Assembly: GCA_044892525.1 (NCBI GenBank)
Contig: CM097885.1
Coordinates: forward strand, 19,098,001 to 19,162,000
Direction: 5' to 3'
DNA from: Schmidtea polychroa
Taxonomy: Eukaryota
Length of the DNA stretch: 64,000 nt
The translations under genes and the position numbers were made by a program. Of this stretch, positions 49,255 to 60,306 are shown in pieces (positions within the stretch are counted from its first letter, which is position 1; each line of letters begins with the position of its first letter). The notes beneath the pieces are model-generated. The model had not been told where the DNA came from and did not search any database. It worked only from the letters and a program-made list of their open reading frames with translations.

Positions 49255-52130
49255 TTTTTTTAAAAATGTTTATATTTCGATTTTTAATCCTAATGATATA
49301 TAAACGTTTACTTCTTTAAAATTTGATCTAGTTTTTTTTTATATTATTTTTAAATTATTATTTTTTAAGGGAGAATATTGTCAAGGTCAATAACAACTGA
49401 TCAAACTGATGATTTCATTGATTTCTTTTTTAGTGTTAATTGTTGACCGCCTGTTTATGATGAGAACTGCTTCTTTAAATCTGACATTTTTCTTTAAGAT
49501 TTTTCCATTGGCTAAGATTTCAATTAAAAATTTTTTCTTTCCTTCCTTGGTTAACATTGTTGGATATGTCTGTATACCGAAGATTTTTCACCAGGATCTA
49601 GATGTCATTTACAAAAGCTTGTTACAAACACCTTTAATACACAACATTAATAAATGGAAGAAAATCAGCTTCATGTCATCAAACAACATCAAAATGAAGA
49701 TCAAAAAAATGTGGAAAGACATTTTAGTAGAAATGTGCTTCAAAATCAGATTAACTAAAAGATCTTCCCAACTTTTACCACCTAATAAAAACTAATAAAA
49801 AGGATCCTGCTACCAAAATTAGACCTATTACACAAATAGATCAACAACTAAAACAAGGTGGCTCCTTTCAAAGATCTTAAAATCATTATTAGACAATGTA
49901 CCACACCATCTTTAGAGGAGCGACTGCATCATGTCAAGATTAAATAAAAACAGAAATATTCATAGAGAATTCAAATACCCCTTCACCTGGATGTCGTATT
50001 ACTGGATAAACATCTATCGAACAAAAAGATTATATTAAATGTTTAGAAAAAAAATTAAGAGAAAGCAACTTGTTAATAAAGGAAATGAATACCGAGAATA
50101 TCAACAAACCTACCTTTGATTATACTTTTAAATTACCTTTGAATAAACGATATATTAACAAATTAAAGGTCTGCTTCTAGCATATCAGAATTGTTAGCAA
50201 TCAACTTTATGGATAACTTTGAATGACAAACATTGAGGACCATACACTCATTTGGTTTCTACGCAAGATAGGTAGATGATATCTCTATCACGACCATGGG
50301 CAGAAAAAAAGTGGAAGAAATATTTTATATGCGGCTCACCGAGATATTAAGTTTGAAATTGAATATCCGGACGAAAATGGATCCCTCAATCTACTGGACT
50401 TAAAAATTAAAATAGAAGTAGATTCTCTAACATACGAATTCTACAAAATACTAGTTAAAAAAGAAATATTTATGCACCAAAGATCAGCGTTTCCATACTT
50501 ACAGAAAGTGATTGTCATAAATCTGGAGAAACAATGTATGAGAACTATAAACAGTAATTAAACCTCAGTAAAGTCTTACACAGAAACGGATACCATAATA
50601 AGGACACTGAAAGAATAAATTCAACCTCAAAAAGATCTAGAGAGACAACTCAAAAAAATTAATATTTTTATCTGAATCTTCCATTCATTAGCGACATGCT
50701 CGACTTCAAGATCCTGAACAAACTTTCGTAAAGCACATAGACCTTGAATATTGAGTGAAGCTCTGGAAAACAACACAAAAAAGAAATAATTTACACAATC
50801 GAAAACTGAAAGACACCGAAGAAAATATGCGTTCAACTAAACGTTCTATATTACATCACGTGCAATGCAAGCAAAGAAATATACATCGGTATACAGACAT
50901 ATCTAACAATGTTAACCAAGAAAGGAAAAAAAAACATTTTAATTGAAATCTTAGCCAATGGAAAAATCTTAAAGAAAAATGTCAGATTTAAAGAAGCAGT
51001 TCTCATCATAAATAGACAGCCAACAATCAACACTAAAGAAAAGATCAATGAAATCATCAGTTTGATTAGTTGTCATTGACCTTGAGAATATCTTTTTTAA
51101 AAATATTAAAAAATAATGATATAAAAATAATATAAAGAAAGCAAGATCAAATTTTAAAGAAGTAAACTTTTATAGATCTTTAGGAATAAAAATCAAAATA
51201 CAGTAAACTCTCCAACTGCGCGGTTTTTCATTGCGCGGTTTCGAAATTGCGCGGCCAAACCTTTAATACCAAAATTTCGATCTGCGCGCTAAAAATTTCG
51301 TAGCTGCGCGGTTTTTTTTTTGTTTTTGTCTATTTTAACAAGAAAAATCATGTCAATTTAATTTTTTATGGTGAATCCCGTAAAACTACGAATACATATG
51401 GTAGTGAAAATAGTGATTCATCGTATTTCGATGCACTGTATTTTTTATATAAAAATAATAAAGGCAGTTTCATTTATTTAATAATTTCATTTAATTAATA
51501 GATATTTATTTATACAAGTGTTTATTTAATTAAAAATATATTAGTATTAAATTCAAAAAAATCTTATTCGTGTGCATTAGATATAACCGTAATAAAAAAT
51601 TATTACATCAATTAAAGAGTGTTATAAAGTAAGTATAAATAAAATTTTTGATTTTTGATTTAATACTCATTTTGATTTAATAGGTTTTTAATAATTTCTA
51701 CACCTTATATATAATAATGGAAAAAGCTGGCAAAAGAAAAATATTGACGTTAGAGGCAAAACTTGAAATTGTGAAGCAATTAGAAAATGGCGAAAAAATG
51801 TCTGTTTTAGCTAAGAGACACAATATGAACGAATCCAGCATAAGGAGGATTAAATTGAATGCTATAATAGTAATATTAATTATGTAAAAGCAATGAATTG
51901 AGAGTGTTTTTATTAGTTTTTATGTTTATATAAATGTAAATATGTATATTAGTCGTTGAATAAAGACTTTTTATTATATTTTTTAATATTTTTGTAATAT
52001 ATGGAACCTAACCCCATAATTACATATAAAATCGGGTTCACAGTGCGCGGTTTCGGTTTGCGCGTTGTTTTTGTGGAACAGATCTACCGCGCAGTTGGAG
52101 GGTTTACTGTATAAACATTTTTTTAAATAT
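49255..52130 (+). mobile_element. Penelope-like element, decayed, with an inverted copy of its 3' end
   Basis: RT fragments KIRPI, LAINFMDNFE, FYAR*VDDI, KFEIEYPDENGSLNLLDLKI; GIY-YIG fragments LYYITC..IYIG and FKEAVLII..QPTIN; 49255-49580 is the reverse complement of 50886-51200 plus 52110-52130. Confidence 0.85.
51201..52109 (+). mobile_element. Internally deleted Tigger/pogo element, copy 1
   Basis: TIRs CAGTAAAC(T/C)CTCCAACTGCGCGG; TA TSD; CENP-B-type HTH fragment MEKAGKRKILTLEAKLEIVKQLENGEKMSVLAKRHNMNESSIRRI at about 51717-51860. Confidence 0.92.
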
Positions 52131-52134
52131 TTTA

Positions 52135-52136
<2 letters not shown>

Positions 52137-52230
<94 letters not shown>
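52137..52230. repeat. (AT)n microsatellite
   Basis: Direct observation. Confidence 0.95.
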
Positions 52231-52233
<3 letters not shown>

Positions 52234-53536
52234 AAATAAGAACTTTTTTTCAAATTTCAAAAATGATTTCTTTTTAATTGTATTGATTAAAAAGCTTAAA
52301 GACTATGAATCAGTAAATATATCGATGATTTTAATAGTCACGAATTTTATATATTATATTTAATATTAATCTTGAGTCTAAAATGATGATAATGGAAATT
52401 AATAATTATGCTAATAGATTAATGCTGAAAAAGATATGAAATAAAAGAAGTTGATAATATTATAATTATAATATTTATAAATAAAATAAAACATACTCGA
52501 TATTTATATTTAGCTTGTAAAATAATCTCATGAGATAAATATGATAATAAATATATTCTTAGAGTTACATGCAAATAGACATTTTCTTAAAATAAATGTT
52601 TTTTTTCGCCAATTATTTCCTAAGGGCAAAATTGATCTTGAAAAAGTGAAATTATGAAAATCAACGTAATTAATTATTGAAAATGAAATAGAGGAAATTA
52701 AATTGTTGTTAAGTGGATTTATTTCGAATTCAATTCGGATGACACCATGAGTTTCGGATAATACAATTTTCATCATCTCGTTATTTGGCCGATAAATTAT
52801 ATTTTTTGTTTTTTTTTACAAATGGATTAATTCTTACCGATGTCGAATCCAATTAAATGGAATAATGGAGTCGGCGATGTTAATTTCAAAATTGAATCAT
52901 TGACAATCTTCATTTATTATTTGGTTGATTTCTAATATTTCATTAGATGATCATTTTATATTATTTTAATAAATATTTATCTCTGATTATTAGCCGACTG
53001 ATTGGGACGGTTATTTATCCTAATGGGAAACTTTATATTAATGAGTATCAAATTTATTCTACGTAATATTGAGAAACTTTAAAATAATTTGTCGATTGCG
53101 GAGTTATATATAAAAATATTAGTAGGCCGCAGTATTACTCAAATACGAAATTTAACTAGTCTTTCTACATCTCCTTTCTTCTCTATTTTCATCTTTTTTT
53201 TCTTGTTTCTTATATTACACCAATATTTCATAATATTTAAAATTTTATTTTCAAAATCAATATATTAAAAGTTTCAATAAAAATGTACTTATGTAGTCAT
53301 TATAATGCTGACTAATATTGGTCAATGCCTTTGGTTGATAATGTTCAATAACTAGAGAACAGATATGACAAGAAGTCTCTATAATTTATGTGGGATGTAA
53401 ATTGATGAAAGAGATTTAAACACAATTCAAAGAGATTTTTATACTTATATAAACAATACCAATAACCGTAACAATACCAAAACAAATTTAGGTTCATCTT
53501 CCTGACACACACATAAAATTAAAATATTAGATAATA

Positions 53537-54494
53537 CACCTAATTGCGAAAGTTAACATTGTCTATAATATACGTTGGTGTGCACACCAGTTGAGGTAAG
53601 TCACCATTTATATGACAATGTTAACTTAATTTCATTTTTTCAATTTTTTAAAAATCGTTTTAAGGTAAGTTTTTGAATTTTAAGTAACTTTTAAGACTTG
53701 AATTTTGATTTTATATAATTATGAGATCATTATTCAAGTTCTTAAATATTAATGTTAGTCAGCATTTATAATATAACATTGATAATTAAATTTCAGGTGT
53801 TTTTTAGGAATTTTATGATATTTTATGCATTTATCTGGAATTATTTCGCTAAAATGTAAGTTATATTATTAATATATTTTTAACTATAAATAAACATTGA
53901 TAATCAAATTTCAGGTGTTTTTTAGGAATTTTATGAATTTATATGGAATTATTTTTTATATTTATAAATAAATAAAGTAATCACCAAACACATTTATTTT
54001 TTAAGACATTTAGGAAAGAAGCGGTGTATATGGATAAAATAGGTTTTTAAGTTTTTGTAATCTTCTTTCGCCAGCTCATTTTCAATAGCTTCTTTGACGA
54101 TATCAAATTCATATTCTGAATTATTTTCTATTAAAATCTTACAATGTATTTTCTTCTTTTTCTCTGAAGCTCAAGGTAGAGCAGTCGGAATCTGATTCAA
54201 AAGTTTTTTTGTGCATAACTTTTTAAATAATTTGAAAATATTAATATGTTAATTATATGTTAATCAATGTTAATTTCGGGAAAAAAACACTTTATTAATT
54301 TTGTATGTATTTTTCATTATGTGTGCTGTGTTTGTATGCTTAATTATTTTCTCTCACTTTTTAGATTCCTATAATAAATATGTTAACTTTCGTAGCATTA
54401 AATTTTTACACACAGGTAATTTTGTGTGTTCCTATAATATATATTTATTGAGGTTTTTTAGATTATAGGCTATGTTAACTTTCGCAATTAGGTG
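53537..54494. mobile_element. Non-autonomous TIR element with TA flanks
   Basis: TIRs CACCTAATTGCGAAAGTTAACAT / ATGTTAACTTTCGCAATTAGGTG; internal direct repeat near 53775 and 53893. Confidence 0.75.
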
Positions 54495-54838
54495 TATTCA
54501 TTATTATAAAATAATAAATAAAAATTTATATATATAGTCTGTAAAAACTATTTTAAATAGTGTATTTATATATTTTCATTTTAATATTGAAAAATTAAAT
54601 AAATCAAGAGCAGGAAAAAAGATATAATATATAGATATATTTGTTGAATTTCGCATTGAAGTGTATAGGACCTATTTTAGGTTGATAATTTTCATTTAAT
54701 AAACACTATTGAAGTATTATTTATAAGTGGAATATAACTGAATTTGAATAAATGCTCAAATTTACTAACTTGTTACAGCATTTTAAAAAAAATGTGGTAT
54801 TTGATGCAACTTTTTATTACAACAAGAATATATATATA

Positions 54839-55758
54839 CAGTAAACCCTCCAACTGCGCGGTGGATACGTTCCACAAAAACAACGCGCAAACCGAAACCG
54901 CGCACTGTGAACCCGATTTTATATGTAATTATGGGGTTAGGTTCCATATATTACAAAAATATTAAAAAATATAATAAAAAGTCTTTATTCAACGACTAAT
55001 ATACATATTTACATTTATATAAACATAAAAACTAATAAAAACAGTCTCAATTCATTGCTTTTACATAATTAATATTACTATTATAGCATTATAGCTATTA
55101 TAGCATTCAATTTAATCCTCCTTATGCTGGATTCGTTCATATTGTGTCTCTTAGCTAAAACAGACATTTTTTCGCCATTTTCTAATTGCTTCACAATTTC
55201 AAGTTTTGCCTCTAACGTCAATATTTTTCTTTTGCCAGCTTTTTCCATTATTATATATAAGGTGTAGAAATTATTAAAAACCTATTAAATCAAAATGAGT
55301 ATTAAATCAAAAATCAAAAATTTTATTTATACTTACTTTATAACACTCTTTAATTGATGTAATAATTTTTTATTACGGTTATATCTAATGCACACGAATA
55401 AGATCTTTTTGAATTTAATACTAATATATTTTTAATTAAATAAACACTTGTATAAATATCTATTAATTAAATGAAATTATTAAATAAATGAAACTGCCTT
55501 TATTATTTTTATATAAAAAATACAGTGCATCGAAATACGATGAATCACTATTTTCACTACCATATGTATTCGTAGTTTTACGGGATTCACCATAAAAAAT
55601 TAAATTGACATGATTTTTCTTGTTAAAATAGACAAAAACAAAAAAAACCGCGCAGCTACGAAATTTTTAGCGCGCAGATCGAAATTTTGGTATTAAAGGT
55701 TTGACCGCGCAATTGCGAAACCGCGCAATGAAAAACCGCGCAGTTGGAGGGTTTACTG
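54839..55758 (-). mobile_element. Internally deleted Tigger/pogo element, copy 2 (inverted)
   Basis: Near-identical reverse complement of 51201-52109, inserted in a TA run. Confidence 0.92.
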
Positions 55759-56460
55759 TATATATATATATTTTTAAAATTTACGCCATAATTTAACAAC
55801 TTATATATATTATGATAAACACACCAGTCTTATATTACAGAATTAAAATCATATACTTCAACACACGGCGAGACAGTGAATAACATCAGCATCAAATGCC
55901 ATAATATGATATCATTCATATATTATCAAACATATTTCTGTTATTTTATAGAAATATATTATAGAAATAAAATCATATTCTTCAACATCCTGTGGGACAA
56001 TGAACAAAAGCTTTAATAAAATACTTAGAAATTTTTTTTAATTGAAAGTACTTTAAAGTGAAGGTCACACTACTTGACTTAGAAAAGATTTTGAAAAATA
56101 AAAATGCCTGGATAAATTTTGGAAAGTTTAGACTTAGAAATTTGTATATAAAAATACTTGAAAAAATTCAACAAATTATTAGATAAAATCACATAAGGAT
56201 ATGAAAAAATATTTCCAACTCAAATTTCCCAAAATTTAAAAAGTTCCAAAATTATTTTTCCAACTCAAAAATTTCCGAAAATTAATTTTCCAAAATTTTC
56301 CCAAATTTATTCTTTCCAAATTTTTAAAAGTTCAAAAAAACTAAAGTCTAATTTTCTAAATCAAATACACACACATGTCTAAGTTATTCAAATATAAAGA
56401 TTAAAATCATCACCTACACGCCCGCCCGCCGCCCGAATGGGCAGGCGCGGTAGTTTGTAA

Positions 56461-56847
56461 ATTTTGATACTCATCAATTTGGAAACAGTCCAACAAAAGA
56501 AAAAATTATTCGAGGAAATATTTTTTGATGATGAAATTACATAGTCTCGAATTATTATAGGTTTCATGTGTATTAAAAATATTTTAGAGAAATCGGACTC
56601 AGACTTTGAAAATTATTTTCAATGGTCTGTAGATGTTTTATTTTGATTGATCAAATTGACATCAACATTATTTAGATTACTTAATCAAAAATTATGCCAT
56701 GGGTCGATGCTCATGGTGGATGGATTATCATGATTAGACTAGCTAAAAAAGCAAAAAAAGAATAATGCCAGATGTGAAAAATTATTGAAACTACTGATTG
56801 AATTAGGAGTTGTATATACATGTATAGAAATTTTTCAAAAACTATAA
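56461..56847 (+). pseudogene. Bcl-2-family protein pseudogene
   Basis: BH1-like LFEEIFFDDEIT*SRIIIGF (TAG at the conserved Trp); BH2-like YL..KIMPWVDAHGGW (56700-56723); hydrophobic tail LLKLLIELGVVYTCIEIF; probable short intron near 56635-56675. Confidence 0.7.
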
Positions 56848-56921
56848 TTCTTGGTAACTGTAGTTGATGTTTAAATAAAAGTATAAACAAAATTATCTTT
56901 AATTTTAAAATTTTTTCAAAC

Positions 56922-57266
56922 ATGTCGGAAAAAGCTAAAATATTATGTTTTAAATGATTATTAATTTTTTATTTAGAATATATAATCAACTTTTTGATTG
57001 AAAAATTAGAGTAGACATCTAATGTAAAAATTAGAGAATTTATGAATGTTCCAGAGAAATTAAAATGGCTATATTCAGACGATGAAATTAACGTAGAAAA
57101 AAATTTACCTAGTGAAGAAATTAAGTCATGTATAGATAATTCTACAACTGATAAATCACCAAAGGAACCTAAACAAAAAGATAAATCTAATGATTTTCCT
57201 AATTGTGTTGATCATATTGTTCAAAATATAATGAAAAGAGATTGTAAAGATCAATGTGATGATTAA
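56922..57266 (+). pseudogene. Small unknown Polinton-associated gene
   Basis: 74-aa ORF 57042-57266 preceded by an in-frame segment and acceptor TTTTTATTTAG; upstream ATG at 56922. Confidence 0.35.
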
Positions 57267-57304
57267 TAAATTTTAAAACTTTAGTTATTTTATATTACTA
57301 TTAT

Positions 57305-57867
57305 TTAAAAGACACCAAACGCTAATAAATATGTATTTAGAAATATACAATGTTCATCATCAAACATTTCTTCGTCTTTTAAAGCTTTCCAAATTGGCTT
57401 GGTTTGGTCTCAACTTACATTATATCCTTGAATTAATACGGTGACCATGCCAGTTATTTTACTCATCTTATCACCATTGGAAATCATTTGATAAACATAT
57501 CTTCTTCGATGAATTAAATATTTTCGTTCATTCTCTGAAATAATTGTCACAATACCATCGTATCATTGAACTTGATTTTGGAAAATAGAAGATTGTAGAA
57601 ACATTGGTTCCTAACAATAAATAATAAAATCCAAAATAATTTATACAAACTTACCTCAAATATATAAGAAATTGGACAATACAAATAATTTAGTTTGTAT
57701 TGCAAGAATTCTACTGGCATTTTCCAGAGATAATGTCGTTTCTTTAAATTTCAATTTTCCGAATTTCTGAGCGGCATCTGTATTGTTTCTCTCCAATACT
57801 CCTATATTAAAAAGCTATTAAATGAAATATTTGCAAAGGACAACAAACCTGTAATTTGATGATCCAT
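57305..57867 (-). pseudogene. Three-exon unknown Polinton-associated gene
   Basis: ATG at 57867; introns 57848-57802 (GTTTGT..ATAG) and 57654-57611 (GTAAGT..TTAG); exon frames mostly open with a few lesions. Confidence 0.55.
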
Positions 57868-58063
57868 TTGTAGTTATAATGTTTAATGAATTGAAACAGA
57901 TATTTATACTAATTCCATTGTAAATAAGGTTTCAACTGACAGACATGATCAAAACGTGAACAACTAGTCCATTTAATGTTAATTAACAAAGTCTGAAATG
58001 ATTTTTGTATACAAAGAAATGTTATAGGTTAGTTAAGGTAATAATATCACATAACAAATATAA

Positions 58064-58451
58064 TTACAGGGATATTTTATATTTTATTAAAACAATACAT
58101 TTTTGCAATTCCACAAGTAATGCATGAATTATTTCTCTTTTCGGTAGATTCACAAAACATGTACAACTATCATCCCCAAAAATATTTCGTATATTATTTT
58201 TACAAAAATCACAATTTTCAACATCATCAGTATAGCACGTAATCATAGAATGATCCATATGAATTAATTTCATGACATTTATTCCAGTTATTTCATAGAC
58301 ACAACTTCTTAAGCATAATACATTATGGAATTGTTCAAATTCGGATAAAAATCTTCAATTTTATTAATCAAATTTTATAGTATAGTTTCTAAACAAAAAT
58401 CAATAAATTTAAAATTAAAAAAATTAAACATTTACCAGCATTTTCAGTCAT
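58064..58451 (-). pseudogene. Two-exon Cys-rich unknown Polinton-associated gene
   Basis: ATG at 58451; intron 58435-58389 (GTAAAT..TTTAG); exon 2 contains H..C..CDFC..CTC. Confidence 0.5.
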
Positions 58452-58492
58452 TGTTGAATAAATATAAATCCTTCAACAATAGTATGAAAATC

Positions 58493-58912
58493 TCAATTTT
58501 TATTACCTAATACAACTATTTTACCACCCGAAAAAATTTTTATACACAGTAGGTTATATTTTGTATAACGCAGAGTGGGGAATAATTCAGGCTCATATAT
58601 ACAATCTCCATCTAATAACTTTCCTAAATTATTCAGATTAATAGATTGTCCAACCTTGGTAGCTATAGTAAGACTTTGAACTTGAATATCTTTGATATTA
58701 TATTGTAAATTCTCAAATTCGATAGGTTTCTTACAACCCATTATACGACATTTACCATTTTTGAAAAATATAATGGTATATTTTCCAATTTTGTCAATAT
58801 ATTGTTGTGGTTTACACTTGGGGAGATTCATCATACCGGCAGTTTCCAAAGATACACGACCCCTATAATTAATATTTTTCAACATATCTAATGAATATTT
58901 AAAAAATATCAA
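58493..58912 (-). CDS. TATA-binding-protein (TBP)-like protein, divergent core only; C-terminus possibly frameshifted
   Basis: Two TBP half-repeats: TIIFFKNGKCRIMGCK and IQVQSL..INLNNL..IYEPELFPTLRY..CIKIFSGGKIVVLG, matching TBP YEPELFPGL / IF.SGKIV.TG. Confidence 0.85.
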   Translation of the reverse strand: MIFFKYSLDMLKNINYRGRVSLETAGMMNLPKCKPQQYIDKIGKYTIIFFKNGKCRIMGCKKPIEFENLQYNIKDIQVQSLTIATKVGQSINLNNLGKLLDGDCIYEPELFPTLRYTKYNLLCIKIFSGGKIVVLGNKN

Positions 58913-59021
58913 GTATATATATTATAATAGCATAATTAAAACATCTTATCCTTTACGATATAAACAATATCAATTTTTAAATATACATATTAAAATAGAA
59001 CTAATAAATGATGATAAATAA

Positions 59022-59506
59022 ATAGTCGGGCCAAGTGGTAGTGGAAAAACTTTGTTTGTTTGCAAATTACTAAAATCACATTTATTCAAATCAAAATTCA
59101 CGTATTGACTCACGATAATTTCTGTAAATTGAAAAATATGAAAATAGTAAAGGGATTTGGTAAAATGTGGTACAGTAGACTAAAGACAGGAGTTGTCATA
59201 ATGATTGATGATTTGTATCAAGAAGCTAATAAAGAAAAGAATTTCAATAATTTATTTACCAAAATAAGCAGACACTTTGGTGTAACGGTTATTTTTATAA
59301 CTCAAAATTTATTTCATCAAGGCGGTGCACATAGAACTCGTAATTTAAAGGTTCATTATTTGGTCGTTTGTAAAAACCCTAGAAATGCAACAATTATTGA
59401 TTTTCTTGCAAGACAGGCATATCCAAATAATCATAATTTTCTGATAATTGCATTTCAAGATGCTACAAAATAACCTTATGGATATATATTTCTTAATTTC
59501 AAACAA
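59022..59506 (+). pseudogene. Polinton A32/FtsK-like packaging ATPase
   Basis: Walker A IVGPSGSGKT; Walker B VIMIDDL; LFTKISRH..VIFITQNLF, KNPR..LARQAYP, DATK*PYGY. Confidence 0.9.
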
Positions 59507-60200
59507 GGCTAATTCTGCCGAGGAAATATCCAAAGCAATTAAACTTATGTTTAGAGATGGATATCCAGAAAACATACAAACAGATTTGGGTGAAATTTCT
59601 GTACTATCAAATTCATTTTTTTTCTTTAGGAAAGAAATTTTACAACAGTAAAGTGAAACAAATCCTGAATAAACTCAAAATCAATCATTACTCTGTACAT
59701 TCTCAATTCAAAGCCGTTCATGCTGAAAGATTTAATCAAACATTGAGGGATAAGCTTAAAAAGGGTTTGTGCATCAAGGTAATAAGACGCCAATAAATGT
59801 TTTGCCTAAAATTTTATTGGGTTATAATAATTCGTCCCATCAAGGTTTGAGACCTGTAAATATTTCATCAAACACTCTATTGATTTACAGTTTTCGATAA
59901 AGGCTGAAATAATTCAAAAACCAAAATATAAAATCGGTGATCATGTTAGAATTAGAAGAATAAGTGCATCTTCATTCATAAAAAGTTTTGATACAAATTG
60001 GAACGATGAAGTCTTTGTATTTTTCAAAAGAAATATGATCAAGACTATGATCAAAATATTGTACAAGGGAAATTTTATGAACAAGAATTACATGTCTTTC
60101 CTTCACCAAAAGTATTTTGAATTCAAAAAATATTTTAAACTATGAAGAATCGCGAGGATAAACAATACTATGTCAAATGACATGGATATCAAGACCCGAC
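59507..60200 (+). pseudogene. Polinton retroviral-like integrase with an intron and chromodomain-like end
   Basis: PENIQTDLG|KKFYN after removing 59590-59629; KAVHAERFNQTL; YNNSSH; KYKIGDHVRI; QYYVK*HGY. Confidence 0.88.
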
Positions 60201-60229
60201 ATATATATCAGCAAAAGATTTAGTAAAGT

Positions 60230-60306
60230 AAATTTCTATATTATTTTATCGAGCAAAAGTTGTCCATTAATTCATCCAAACAATGAAGCAAGCAAATTCA
60301 TAATTC
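60230..60306 (+). pseudogene. N-terminus of the Polinton minor capsid (penton) protein, truncated
   Basis: FYIILSSKSCPLIHPNNEASKFII resembles the FYxxLPSxS..P.N..S.F start motif; cut off by the Penelope pseudo-LTR. Confidence 0.6.

Larger units (their letters stand above)
55840..60306. mobile_element. Decayed Polinton/Maverick fragment
   Basis: Adjacent packaging ATPase, rve integrase with chromodomain-like end and minor-capsid N-terminus, plus densely packed small genes; left boundary uncertain and no terminal repeat identified. Confidence 0.8.

Noticed and set aside
49409..49795. 128-aa plus-strand ORF
   Set aside because: Antisense of the inverted Penelope 3' end fused to part of the PLE ORF
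52528..53150. Possible decayed cadherin-like coding fragment
   Set aside because: No DxNDN or DRE motif and no consistent frame
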